DNA from: Neocallimastix sp. 'constans'
Taxonomy: Eukaryota
Direction: 5' to 3'
Assembly: GCA_050613775.1 (NCBI GenBank)
Contig: JBODTK010000141.1
Location: 124,001 to 188,000 of the forward strand
DNA length: 64,000 bases
This document shows positions 27,051-41,079 of this stretch, piece by piece. The notes under the pieces were generated by a model. The model was not told where the DNA came from. It did not search any database and worked only from the letters and a program-made list of their open reading frames with translations. Made by a program: the position numbers and the translations under genes. The first letter of the stretch is position 1. Each line of letters opens with the position of its first letter.

Positions 27051-29585
27051 TTAATTTGAAATGAATAAACTAGTCGATTTTTGGAAATTAACAAAATTAA
27101 AAGGTGAATTTTCCAGTCCGCCTGTTTCTCCAATATTTCTATACCTTTTAGAACTTACAGAGCTTTTACTTGATTTTCTACTTAAATCAAAAATGTCATT
27201 ACTAAATCTTTTACCCTTTCTTTTTCCTTTTTTTTTATTATTATGAGTTGAAAATATAGAAGATTTACTATTATATAAAATATCTTTTTCATATTCATCC
27301 AAATCATCGTCATTATCATCATTAACTCCGAAACTTCTTGAGGTGAAATTATTTGAAGTAAATCCTTGGTCAAAATAGGATGCACCAAGACCACTTTGAT
27401 CTCTAACTACAACTTCAATTGGATTAATTATACCACTTGTATTATCAGTACCAAGCGATTCTCCTGGGTTCCAACCCATACTTTGTAATAATTTAAAGCC
27501 TTTGTTATTATCAGAAATTGGATTTGCATTTTCACCAACTTTAGAACCAAGTTGTGGTTTATTAACTGATGATTTTCCTTTATTATTATTGATAGCATGA
27601 TATCTACCACGTCTCCTTGTTATATCTAAATTACGTTTTCTAACATCCATAATAGAATGACGTTGAGCTTCCGTTTTACTGAATACGGTTTCAACAATAC
27701 TATTCCAATTTTCTGGAATTCGACTTCGAGAGGTACGAATAAGATTAGAAATTTTTATTTTTCCAGAACCTCTTGTTTTTAATTTAACACCATACTCAAT
27801 GGCAATCATACCCACACTTTTTCTTAGTTCAGAAGGAAGACTTCCTAATGGAATACTTTCAAACCCATCAGTAACAAATTCTTTTATTGTAGTATTAACG
27901 CGTTTTAAATATTTAAACACTTCAGGGGAAGTTTGAAGTCTATTTCTTTTTTTAGATTTAAGAACTTTTTCAATTCTTTTATTTTCCTGTTTTAGGTTTT
28001 CCTTTTTCTGTAAAAGATATTCTCTTTTTTGTGCTAATTCTTTCTTTTGAAGTTTTTTCTTTTGCAAACGAAGTAATTGATCTTGATTACTATTTACAAT
28101 TGCATTGAATTTTGAATTTTCAAGTTTCTCCAAAAAATTTTTATCATCTAAATTCCATGTATTTTCACCACCTTCAAATTCATCATTATATAAATAATCA
28201 TTATCATTAACATTTATTAATAGATTCTTTTGACCCAATTTTTCCTGTAATATATTATTATTTAATTCTATATAATCATCATTTTCAGTGACGTCATTAT
28301 CGCCATCGCTATCATCATCATCATCATCGTCATCATCATCATCATCATCATCATCACCCTTATCAGCACCATCATGACCTAAATCATAGTTCTCATTTTT
28401 TTCAATGTCAGTTTCATTTAATAACATTACTTCATTATTTTTATCAAAACAATTTATCGTATTAATATTCATATTATTATTTATTAGCACATCATCATTA
28501 TCATTATCGTCGTCATCATTTACATTTTCATAAAATAAAGTTTTTTTATTATCCAACAATGTTATTATATCAATATCTTCGGTAGTATTACTATCATCAT
28601 TAACTTTAACGTCTCGGGTATTTTTACTTTTTTCAATATTTTTTAAATTATTATTATTAATATTACTATTAATTGATGAGGAATTATCATTACTATTTAT
28701 TTTATTTTCTTCTTTCAAGTCTTTTTTATCAAGTTCTGATAATGCTTTTTCCATTTCAATAACAGATTGATTATTGTTTTCAACTTCAATAATCTTTTCA
28801 TTTTTCTTAGTGATAGTCGTATTATCCTTTCTTTTATTATTTTTCTTTCCCTTCTTTTTCTTCTTTTTTTTATTATTATTCTTATCATTTCCATTACCAG
28901 TTACTATTATTGAATTATTTTTATCTTCAATTTTTTTATTTATTTTATTATTTAAGGTATCCTTATTCAACTCTTCGGACTCGTCTGAAGAACTATCACT
29001 ACTATCAGAAGGTAATTTATTTTCTAATAATTTAATTAAATCCATTTCCATTTCAATGGGTTCTATTTCCCCTCCTACATCAGATTTCATAATATTTTTA
29101 GCAAAAGTGGAATTTAAAAATTCAATTTCATCCTCTACACTTTTATTATCTGTAGCTTTATCCAATACTTCATTATTTATCTCATTGTTACTTTCTTCAG
29201 TGTCATCTTTACAATTTTCTATGTAATCTTTTATTATATCATCATCCATGTAATCATTAAATATTGTTTTATTCAAAATGTCAAATGCATTATTACTTAT
29301 TACATTATTATCATCATTATCATTATCATTTCCAATATCAACATAAACATCATCATCTATAATAATTGGTCTTTCATTAGTTGGATTAATATATGTTTTA
29401 CTCTTTTTAGCATTTCGCTTTTTTTTCTTATTTTTTTTCTTATTAGTTACTTCTTTAATTTCAATGTAATCTTGTTCATTAATTATTCTTGTATTATAAT
29501 AATTGATTTTTTCTTTTTCAAATACAGTATTTAAATTTTGCAATGTTGAATCTCCATTAACATCTATAAAAATAAAATCATCCAT
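27051..29585 (-). CDS. SQS1: SQS1/Pfa1-like protein with R3H-like and G-patch domains
   Basis: G-patch ISDNNKGFKLLQSMGWNPGESLG...GIINPI...GLG preceded by VGENANPI. R3H-like segment LPSELRKSVGMIAIEYGVKLKTRGSG. Acidic N-terminus with DDIIKDYIEN. Confidence 0.75.
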   Translation of the reverse strand: MDDFIFIDVNGDSTLQNLNTVFEKEKINYYNTRIINEQDYIEIKEVTNKKKNKKKKRNAKKSKTYINPTNERPIIIDDDVYVDIGNDNDNDDNNVISNNAFDILNKTIFNDYMDDDIIKDYIENCKDDTEESNNEINNEVLDKATDNKSVEDEIEFLNSTFAKNIMKSDVGGEIEPIEMEMDLIKLLENKLPSDSSDSSSDESEELNKDTLNNKINKKIEDKNNSIIVTGNGNDKNNNKKKKKKKGKKNNKRKDNTTITKKNEKIIEVENNNQSVIEMEKALSELDKKDLKEENKINSNDNSSSINSNINNNNLKNIEKSKNTRDVKVNDDSNTTEDIDIITLLDNKKTLFYENVNDDDDNDNDDVLINNNMNINTINCFDKNNEVMLLNETDIEKNENYDLGHDGADKGDDDDDDDDDDDDDDDSDGDNDVTENDDYIELNNNILQEKLGQKNLLINVNDNDYLYNDEFEGGENTWNLDDKNFLEKLENSKFNAIVNSNQDQLLRLQKKKLQKKELAQKREYLLQKKENLKQENKRIEKVLKSKKRNRLQTSPEVFKYLKRVNTTIKEFVTDGFESIPLGSLPSELRKSVGMIAIEYGVKLKTRGSGKIKISNLIRTSRSRIPENWNSIVETVFSKTEAQRHSIMDVRKRNLDITRRRGRYHAINNNKGKSSVNKPQLGSKVGENANPISDNNKGFKLLQSMGWNPGESLGTDNTSGIINPIEVVVRDQSGLGASYFDQGFTSNNFTSRSFGVNDDNDDDLDEYEKDILYNSKSSIFSTHNNKKKGKRKGKRFSNDIFDLSRKSSKSSVSSKRYRNIGETGGLENSPFNFVNFQKSTSLFISN

Positions 29586-30504
29586 AGTCTATTATTTACT
29601 TTGTTAAATTCTATAATAAACAAGTTTATTATAAATAAAAAGGTATAAATAAAATTGTTTATAAAATTAGGGTATATTTTCTTTTTCTAAAATATTAAAA
29701 AAAAAATATTTAAAAATATTAATATCAAAATAATAAAAAATACATTATTTTAATTTTTATTATAAAAATATTAAAACATTTTAAAAAAATATATATATAT
29801 AAATACTATCAATAATATACTATTACTAATTTTACTTATCCATTAAATATAATATTTTATAAATTATTAATAATTATTATTATTATGTATTATTAATTAA
29901 TTATATATATTTTTAATAATATATTTTTAATAATAGTAAAAAAAATATATATATAATTAATTAATAATACATAATATTTTATTTCATTAAAGAAAAAAAA
30001 ATCATCGATTATCAAATATCATTTTAAATAATAAATATTATAAGGTTAATAATTAAAAGAAAAATACAACACTTTTTTTTAAAAAAATAAAAAAAAAAAA
30101 ATTGATTATATTTTATATTTGCAAAACTTATTGTATATTTAATTCTTTATCTATTTTTAACAACTAATTAATATGGAAAAACTCTTTATTTTTTTAAACT
30201 TATTACATAAAATATTTAATGTTAAAATTTATTATAAGAATAATAAAATAGAGAAATAAATGTAAATTATTTCATGTTGAAATCTATTAAAAATATATAA
30301 TAGAAAAAAAAAATGTTAAAACAGTTCAAATATAAAAAAAAATTTTTTTTTTTATTCTTCTATTATGTTTATGCCTTCTATCTTTTCTATTCATAATACA
30401 CGTTATATTTTATGATCAATCTCTTAAATTTTTAATAAAGTAAAAATAAAATTTATCTTTTTCCTTAAAACATTTAAAACATAATTTTTTTTTTTTATTA
30501 TATA

Positions 30505-31217
30505 TTGGTAATGGGTTCATTATATCTTCTAAAGTGAAACCATATGTAATAGAATAATCAGAAATCTTTTCTCTTTAACAAATCATTCAACATTATTGCC
30601 ATGAGATTTAATTATATTCTCAACCCTTATTGTATTATCAAAAATCAATTCATTAAATAAAAGTGTTTCCTAGGAAAAATTAAAAACCATCAAATATTGA
30701 AAAGAAAAAAAAAAAAAAAAACGTTCAAAAAAAGCATTGGTAAAAAATAATTAAAGAGCAATAAATAAATATTATGATAATTATATTATTTTGAATTTTC
30801 TTGTTAAAATATTTCAATTTTAAAAATACAAACAATTATTATTTTTTCAATTATTAATTATATTAATAATTTCAAAATAAAAATTAATTATTTCAAAATA
30901 AAAATTAATTTAAATATTTGAAATTATCAAAATTTATTTATTTTATTCTCTTATATTTTTAGTATTCAATAAAGATATATATATATATTAACCTATTTAT
31001 TTGTTTATATTTTTTTTATTATTAATTTAATTTTATGATTAAATTTACAATGATTACTCTCTTGCATTAGAATTCAAATTTTCAGTTCAGTAAAAATATT
31101 ATTATTATGGACGATTTTTTTAGCAGTAATTTTTAACAGAATTAATTCATAAATTCTAAAAATGAAAATGAGTATTTTCTTGTTGGTTGATGAGAAGAAA
31201 AAAAAAATGAATTATAA

Positions 31218-31257
<40 letters not shown>

Positions 31258-31478
31258 AAACAAAAATGTAATTCAAAACTTTAATTACTGTCATTACTAA
31301 TCTTTTAGGTTTTTTCCCATTATTTGATTTTTTTCATTTTTCCTAGGAAACACTTTCACTATAACGAAATGATTTTTGATAATACAATAAAGGCTGAATG
31401 ATTTTTTAAAGAGAACAAATTTCTGAAGATTCTATTACATACGGTTTCACTCTGGAAGATCTAATGAAACTATTTACA
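30505..31478. repeat. Imperfect long inverted repeat (~170-200 bp arms at 30505-30705 and 31310-31478)
   Basis: gtgaaaccatatgtaatagaat / attctattacatacggtttcac; ttattgtattatcaaaaatca / tgatttttgataatacaataa; aaagtgtttcctaggaaaaat / atttttcctaggaaacacttt. Confidence 0.8.
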
Positions 31479-32533
31479 AAAAAAAAATTAATTACGCTCA
31501 ACAAAGATATATATATAAATATTTTATGTTTTTTCTTAAATATAAAGCTCCTTGGTAGTTAGAATATTATAATAAAATTTATTAAAAACATTAATTTGAA
31601 AACTCTAATTGAATTTATGTGATTAAATCATATTCGCTATTGCTATAAATATTATTGCCATTGTAATTTAGTAACTCCAGATCGTCAAAATTACTGCGCT
31701 TTTTATGGACATGGTGAATAGTACTTTATACAAAAGATACTTTAATGTCTTGATTTTAATAAAGTCAATTCAATATCAATTAGTCATTTAAATAATTTTT
31801 ATTCTTTTTTTTTTTTACTTTTTTATTTATTTATTTTTTTTAACTAAATCCAACAAAGGAAGAGTTTTATTATTCTTTATATAATATTTAATATAGGTAA
31901 TGCTTCCAATGAGAATATTAATTATACATGGGAGATTTTAGTAGAGGACATTGAATTATCATGCCTGAAGTTTTTATTTTTATTTTATTCCATTTAATTA
32001 ATAAAAAATGAATTTTTATAATATTGAATCTTTTATTTTTTTTTTTTTTTTTTTTTTGGTATAAAGTGCTTTTTTACAACAGTGAAAAAAAATAATAAAT
32101 AAAAATAAATAAATAAAAAATAAGAAAAAAATTATGAAAATTAAAATAGTATTAATCATCATCATACATATATATATAATATATATTATATATTAAATAT
32201 TAAATATTAAATATTAAATACCAAAAATGAATATTTTATTAATAAAAATAACACAATATCAATACAATATATTCATAAATTATAATATATAATTTTTGGT
32301 TTATAAATTATTAAATTATCAGTATCAATATAATATAAAAATTTTTGATAAAAATATTCACAAAATAAATATTAATGGTATTGTATTTTTTTAGTAGTAC
32401 CTTTACAAAATTATTTACAAATGAATCAAAGAAAAACCATATAATTAAATACTATTATATATAATTTTTTTTATTACATAAAAATTATATATACTAATTA
32501 TAAAATAAAAAAAGAAATTTTATTAAATATTTA

Positions 32534-32564
<31 letters not shown>

Positions 32565-33943
32565 AAAATTCAATTTTTTAATAAAACCATGAATTCTATA
32601 AATTATAAATGATAATATTAAATACTAGTGAATAAAATTCAATCAATAAATAAAAGTGATACTTTATTTCACGAACTTAATACTCATCTTTTTACTGTTA
32701 TAGTTTTTAACTGATATTTTTCCGACTATTATATAGGTTTGTTTGCTTAAAATTTTTTTATTTTAGCTATTAATATATTTAAAATATATTGTTCGAATAG
32801 ATGATTGGATATATATAGTTTAATCGATTTTTTCTTTATTTTAAAATTTATTAAAATAACAATAGACTTTATTATTAATTAAAATAATATTGATACTAAT
32901 ATTATTATTAAGAGATTATTAATGAAAAATATAATATTTTGTTTATTTCAGTTTATTTTACAATTAAAAATTTCATTCATCAATAATTTTAAATTTATAC
33001 ATTGAAATTTTATTTTAACATTAATTTTGTACACAATTCAATCTTTTTTTATTTCAATAATTATTTTAATATAGAAAATTTAATAATATATTATTATTAA
33101 AATCTCATATATTAATGCTATAATCTTTTATATATTGTTATTGATTTTTCTATTGATTCTATTATATACTATTATAGTTTATTAGTATAAAAAGTTTATT
33201 CATAATATATTTTTTAATTTAGTTTTAAATATATTTATATAAAATTAAGTATATTATTAATATATATAATTTTATACTATTTTTTATGGATATCAAAAAA
33301 ACAAAAAAAAATTATTAAAAATAATTTAATATAATAATAATCTATAATCTATTAATAAATTAATATAATTGTACCAATAAAATATATTACAATATACTAA
33401 TATATAATAGGATATAAAATTGTAGTACTACAATATAATAATTAAATTAATATAAAAAAATAAACAAATATATAATTGAATATTTTAAATTATTACAATT
33501 CATTGCTATTTGTTGTTATATGTAACATTTCTATTAGTTCAATTTATTTTATATTTAAATTAATATATTAAATGATTAAAAATCTAAATCAATTCGTTAA
33601 TTATTTCTCTTATAAAATAAGATTATGGTAAATTAATTGATTTTGTTGAATTTTAATATATTATAGTATTAATAGAATAGATTGTTAAAATCCCTTTATT
33701 GTTTTGAGAGTAGTTTATTTATTATAAATCTTTTCTATATTATAAATAGAATATTTATTTATTTATTATTTAATATTTATTTATTTATTATTATTTATTA
33801 TATATATTTTTATAATTATTTAATTATTATTATCCTTATCCTTATTCATTTATTAAAAAGATATAATTAAATATTAAATAAACTAGATATACAATTTTTA
33901 ATTATAAATAATATATTATAATATTCTATAATATATTAATTTT

Positions 33944-33994
<51 letters not shown>

Positions 33995-34878
33995 TTATTT
34001 ATTTTAAATTTAATAAATTGGTATATTATTATTTTTCGAAGAAATTTTTTTTTATTTTGATAAAAGTAAATTGCTATATTATTTTTCGAAGAAATTTTTT
34101 TTTTTATTTTGATAAAAAAAGAAGTTGACTTCTTTATTAAAAATATAATATTGTTATTATTATATGATATAATGGTAATTATTTTTTAAATTTAAATCAA
34201 CTTAATATATATTTATATATATTTGTATGCAGGAGTAATAATTATAAATATATGAACAAATAAATAAGACAGGAATAATAGTTTTTAGATAAAATAATCA
34301 AATTTCATTCAATGTTAATTTTAATGATATTGTTAAATCAATTTAAATAATCTATTTGTAAATAAAAAAATATAAAAATAATATGTATATTTATAAAACA
34401 GGAGATAATTGTTTTTATTGACAAAAAATTAAAATTAAGAAAATGATTATATTAAGATTGGTAATAATAAAGTATAAAAAAAATAAATTTAAAAAAAAAA
34501 GATGTATTTTTAATTTGAAAAAATGAATTACAAAAATGAAAAAATAATTATATATTAAAGAAAGAAATAAAAATATATAAAATATAAAAGAATTTTTTTT
34601 TTTATGCATAATTATACATTTATATATAATAAAAAAGAGAAATAACTAAAATTTTTAATAATAAATATTATATACTTATTAGGAATTATAATTTGCCTTT
34701 GCTATTATAAGATTATATCATATAATATTATTTAAATAAAACAAATAAAAAGCGAACTATCTGACAAAAAGAAATCAATAAAATTATAATATAATAGATT
34801 TATATATCAATACTATTTCATACAAATATTATATATTTTATACTATTCATTTATTTAATTTAATTATATATATCAATC

Positions 34879-36395
34879 ATGGCAAGAAAACGTACTCCAA
34901 TCGATAATGTTGATTATTTATCCTATTGCTGGGGTAATGAATTAGATTTGGCTACAAGTTGGAGAGTTATGACCAAAAATAAGGATACAATGATTAATGG
35001 TCATCGTTTGGAAGTAAATATAAAGATACTATAAAATACCTTTAAATTATATCATAAAATAATGTGAAGGAAAAAAAAAAAAAGATAATTGTATTTTTCT
35101 TTATATAAAATTTATATGTAAAAAAAAATGAAAAGAAAGAGTAATCTACATTAATTTCTTTATATTTCTTTTTTACATATACATTATATATAAAGAAAAA
35201 TATGATACTATAAAAAAAAAAAAAAAAAAAAGAATAAATTTAAAAATAAATGATATTTTATTATTTAATATTCAAAATTAATTCTAACAATTATCAATTA
35301 TTATATTTATAATAAAATAGAACGCTAGTTGGAGAAAATGGTTCCAACAACGTTATTCACTTCCTTTATTAAATCCAGCTGAATTAAATTGGTTTAAAGA
35401 CAGTGATATATGTTGGCTTTATGGTCCAATGCATTTACACAGTGATAATGAAAATAAACCAAAGGCTAACTTCAATACTAATACTAATTTAAAGTCTGCT
35501 TTGAAAAAATCATCTCTTGATGAATTCCATAAAACTATTGAAGCTTTAAAGCAGGCTAAGATTTCTTTAGATAATAACAATAAATTAAATATTCCAAAGA
35601 GCAAGAAACATTTAAGATTCAACAATGAAGTGGAGCAACGTATTTCTGTTAATGTTATTCCAGAGGACAACTATAGATACAATTCAAGATTCCAACATTC
35701 AGCTCTCAAAGAATATTTAAAGAGTGTTGCTGAAGAAGTAGATGAGGAGGAAGAAGAAATTAACGTTTATGATGAAGTTTCCTCTTCTTCAGATGAAGAA
35801 GATGATGGATTAGATAAAAATAAATTCAAAAACTTAAATAGGAATTATTCTATTATGCAGAAAAAGAACTTTGAAACTACTCACAAGTTACCACCAACTA
35901 CTTTAAAGGATGCTGATTCAGATAGCGATTTATCTTCACAGAATAATTTTTCTTTCGAAGAATATGGACAAGAATTTGAAATTACTGAAGCTTCTGATCC
36001 ATATTATATTGAAACTGAAGAAAATAGATTAAAATATAATGATTCCAACTCAAAATACGTCAGATTATCTACCTCTTCTCCAGCTGTATATGATTATAAG
36101 GAAAGTGATAACAGTAGAACGGAATCTTCATTAAAAAATAAATATGATATTGATGATGACTTTGATGAAGATATGTATGAAATCAATAATGCAAATAAAA
36201 TTACTTTCAACGAAGAAGTATTAGATGATAGTAATTTATCAGCAGCTGATTTATTTGGTAAAATTTTAAATAAATAGAAAAATAAATAACGATACAAAAT
36301 AAAAAATATAAATTTCATCAAAATTAATTAAAATATTTAATATTTATTAATAATCATTGAAAATAGAACAACCAGTACAACTAAATCGCAAGTAA
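34879..36395 (+). CDS. REG1: REG1-like protein phosphatase 1 regulatory subunit (DUF1752 N-terminus); exons 34879-35013, 35321-36257, probably 36367-36395
   Basis: VDYLSYCW...SWR...NGHRLE|NASWRKW...NPAELNWFKDSDICWLYGP, LKSALKK and KKHLRFNNEVEQRISV (PP1-docking RVxF-type motif as in Reg1); in-frame GT-AG introns. Confidence 0.8.
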
Positions 36396-37628
36396 AATGA
36401 TAATTCAAAGTAAATGACCTTGACAAAAATTTAAAATAAAAATAAAAATAGAATTCAAAAATAACAGGTCATTTAAAGCATACATATTTAATATTCCATT
36501 ATTAATTACATTTCTTAATTAAATAATTAAAGTAAGTATTTTCATATTATTTTAAAAATAATGAAGATAAAAAAAAATTAATAATGAAAGAATGAATGTT
36601 ATAAGAATAAAGTCAAAAAAAAAAAAAAAAAATAAAAATAAAAAATAAAATAAAATGCAATAAAACTAAAAAGAAGTTAAATAAATATTTAGAATTAGTA
36701 AATCACTATGAAAAATAATTATTCATTATAACTTATAAAAATTAAACAATATAATAACGTTTAATATATATTTCACTTTATTTTTCAGTTATATTGGATA
36801 CTGAATTACTGAACAAATAATTGAATAAATTAAGAATTAATTATAAAATATTTATATATTTGAATGAAAAATTTTTAATTAAAAAAAAAAAAGATTTAAT
36901 AAAAATGATATTTAATGGAAATTTTTTTTAAAAAATATTAAATACAATATTTTTGTCATACACATTAACAATAATAATAAATTATTATATCAATAATATT
37001 TATATTATAAATATACTAATTTTTTTTTTATTATTATTATTAATATTATTTATATTTATGTAAGAAAAATAAATGAATAAAACCCTTTTACCTAATTTAA
37101 AATTACTAATGTAAAATCATAAATATATAGAATTATCATAAATAGTAAAATGAACATAAAAAAAAAAAAAAAAAAAAAAAAAGGATTCACCCTAATTTTA
37201 ACTAAATATTATTATTTTCTTCTTTTTTATTTAAAAATTTTATACATATTTTTAATTTATAAAACTATTATTTATAATATTTATAATTATTTTTAATATA
37301 TGATAATAAAATATAAATTATAATTATATATATTTTTTCTATTTTAAAGAATAAAATAATATATAATTTTTATACTTATTATCACAATATAAAAATAATA
37401 TGGAAAAAAAATTATATATAAAAAATTTCTAAAATTATTTTTATTTAATACTTTCCACTTTTTTTTTTTTTTTTTTTAATTAATAAATTAATATTATTAT
37501 ATAATTACAAAAACTTTTAAAAACAAATAAAAGTATCAAATGGATTTTAATTATAATTTATAAAAGAAAAAGGAATTGTATAATAATATTAGTTTCAATT
37601 GAAATTTAAAAAGTACAAAAGAATTTTA

Positions 37629-37663
<35 letters not shown>

Positions 37664-37746
37664 ATAAAGATAAAAGAATAAAAAATCTATTTTTTTTTTA
37701 AATATATAAAAATATCTAAAATATTTTATTTTTATATTTTATATAT

Positions 37747-37789
<43 letters not shown>

Positions 37790-38080
37790 ATTAATTTTTT
37801 TTTTTTTTTATTAATATTTAAATTATTAGTATATATTTTAGTAGTAAAAAAAATTAATAAAATAAAAAATAATAATATATATATATATACTTTATGTTTA
37901 GATATTAGTTTTTTTTTTTTTTTTTTTTTTTATTTTTTTTTTTTCTATAATTAGTAGTTATATTGTTATATTGTAGTAGTTTAGTAGTAAAATAATAATA
38001 TATTTAAACCAAAATTATAAGATTAAAAAAAAAAAACTAAATAAACTAAATAAATAAATTAATAAATCTATAATAATAAT

Positions 38081-38128
<48 letters not shown>

Positions 38129-38342
38129 CATAATTATACACTCTCCATTAATTTATATATATTAATATAAATATTTTATTTTAATTTTATTTTATTTTTT
38201 TTTCTTTATTTTTTTTTTTTTACAAAAAAAAAAATAAAATAAAATTAAAAAAATGAAATTATACCATGTTTACTCTCTTAACTCTCTATTTATATGTTCT
38301 TATTATACATATTATTAGTAATTTTATTCCCCTGTAATATAT

Positions 38343-38383
<41 letters not shown>

Positions 38384-38594
38384 AGATATATATATGTATA
38401 AATATATATGTATATATTTATAATTTATGTGTAAAAAAATATATATTATAAAAGTAATAATGAATAATACAGAATATGATAAATAGTATAATAGAATAAT
38501 AGAAATAATAGTTATAATATTAAAATTTTCATTTCTATGCATATAATATAAAATGAGTATGTTTATATGTCTTAATAATTGCTAAATTAACTTT

Positions 38595-38633
<39 letters not shown>

Positions 38634-39135
38634 TTATTATTATTATTATTTTTTAATAAAAAAATTAATAATAACCCATATGTATACATTTAAATAAAAA
38701 TAAAAAAAATATTAAAAAAAAAAAAAAAAAAAAAATTGGAAAGAAATGTATATTTTGGTTATTCTCATTGTATAAACATATTTTTACTGATATTATTATA
38801 ATTTAGAAATAAAAGAAAAGGTATTATAAGAAAATAAAAAAAAAATCCTTTTATTATCATTTTATTTAATTTTGCTTAATTTTTTTTTTTTTTAAATTCT
38901 TTTTTTATTCATTATATAATTTTTTTATATTATATTATTTTATTTTATTTTATTATTATCATTCGTATAAAATTCCTTCAAGGCCTTATCATTTTCTATG
39001 GGGTTCACTAAAGAAAAACTATCTTAATTCTCGTGGTATGGAGGGTGATAGTAAAAATTTAAACATTGCGTAATAAATATTTAAGGTAAAGTTGCTTATT
39101 GCTGTTGTATTAATCGATACTATTTATCAAAGTTT

Positions 39136-39167
<32 letters not shown>

Positions 39168-39607
39168 TTGTTTTAAGAAATAGTATTATTTTTCTTCCAT
39201 GTATTTTTTTCTCTATTTCATATTTTCATTTTTTTTTTTTTTTTTCATGTATTTACTTATTTCTTCATGAATGAATCATTCATTTATAGTACTATAATGT
39301 CTTATAACTCTCTTTAATTTCATTGATTATTTTTTTAGATTGATACATTTTATTATGAATTATTAAATTTACAGCTAATTCTTTGAATTTAACTTGTTAA
39401 AATTTAAACGAAGGATATTCCTAAACAAACCTTCCAATCACTCCTGTCGAATATTTTTATACTATAAGATTATATAGATAAGTGAGGTAAATAGCGAAAG
39501 TTCTGTTTTCTTCATCATTTAAATATTATATCTTATGTATTTGATTCTTTGATTTAATTTTTTTTATGTCTCTACATTTCAGTAATATAATAAATATTAA
39601 ATAAAAA

Positions 39608-39655
<48 letters not shown>

Positions 39656-39701
39656 TATCATGGATGAAATAAAATTAAAGGTATTGTAATTAACGCATAT
39701 C

Positions 39702-39803
39702 AAATAAATTATTAGATATATATATAAAAATTAATATATTATCAAAAAAAAAAAAAAAAATAAACTCAAATAATAGAAAACAAAAAAAATACTAATAATA
39801 CGT

Positions 39804-39839
<36 letters not shown>

Positions 39840-40481
39840 TAAAATTTTTTTATAAGAAATATGCAAATAAATAAAATTAAGAAAATTTATAATTTTGAAA
39901 GACATGGAAGAATATGCTTTACTTCAATTAAATAGAAAAAAAGAAAAAAAATTTTAGATTATAAATTTTACTTTTTTTTTTAATTACTATTAAAAATTTA
40001 TATTCTAATATTAATTCATTTTTTTTTTTTTTTTTTCTTACAAATAAAGTATCATTGTAATATTAATAAAATCCTTATATGTATTCTTACTTACCTTTAT
40101 ATTTATTTGGATATTGCCTGTAAAGAAAAAGAAATAAATTTTCTTATCTAAAGGTAAAGATACATTTCTTAAATTTTAAAAAAAAATAAATTATAATAAT
40201 TTAAAAATTTTATTGAATAGAAAGAACAATAATAATTTAAAATAGAATCTTAATAATAACAGAAAATAGAAAAATACTTTTTAAAATTAACTCTCCTAAA
40301 AATTTATTTATAAATTAAAACTTGAAAAGACTAATATGAAAAGAAATCAAGATTAGTTATGTTTTTTTTTTTTTTAGAATTTTAAATAAATTATTAGATT
40401 TACATATAAAAATTAATATATTATCAAAAAAAAAAAAATAAACTCAAATAATAGAAAACAAAAAAAATACTAATAATACGT

Positions 40482-40517
<36 letters not shown>

Positions 40518-41079
40518 TAAAATTTTTTTATAAGAAATATGCAAATAAATAAAATTAAGAAAATTTATAATTTTGAAAGACATGGAAGAATATGCTTTAC
40601 TTCAATTAAATAGAAAAAAAGAAAAAAAATTTTAGATTATAAATTTTACTTTTTTTTTTTTAATTACTATTAAAAATTTATATTCTAATATTAATTCATT
40701 GTTTTTTTTTTTTTTTTTTTTTTTTTTCTTACAAATAAAGTATCATTGTAATATTAATAAAATCCTTATATGTATTCTTACTTACCTTTATATTTATTTG
40801 GATATTGCCTGTAATGAAAATGAAATAAATTTTCTTATCTAAAGGTAAAGATACATTTCTTAAATTTTAAAAAAAAATAAATTATAATAATTTAAAAATT
40901 TTATTGAATAGAAAGAACAATAATAATTTAAAATAGAATCTTAATAATAACAGAAAATAGAAAAGTTCTTTTTAAAATTAACTCTCCTAAAAATTTATTT
41001 ATAAATTAAAACTTGAAAAGACTAATATGAAAAGAAATCAAGATTAGTTATGTTTTTTTTTTTTTTTTTAGAATTTTAA
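39702..41079. repeat. Near-perfect tandem duplication, ~682 bp unit x2
   Basis: aaataaattattagat starts at 39702 and 40384. Both units carry gacatggaagaatatgc, ggatattgcctgtaa and end aatcaagattagttatg-polyT-agaattttaa. Confidence 0.92.

Noticed and set aside
27770..27850. R3H domain lacking the His in the SQS1-like protein
   Set aside because: Degenerate R3H motifs are, as recalled, common in this family; not distinctive.
38960..39520. Patches of higher GC that might be decayed coding sequence
   Set aside because: No open frame or recognisable motif.
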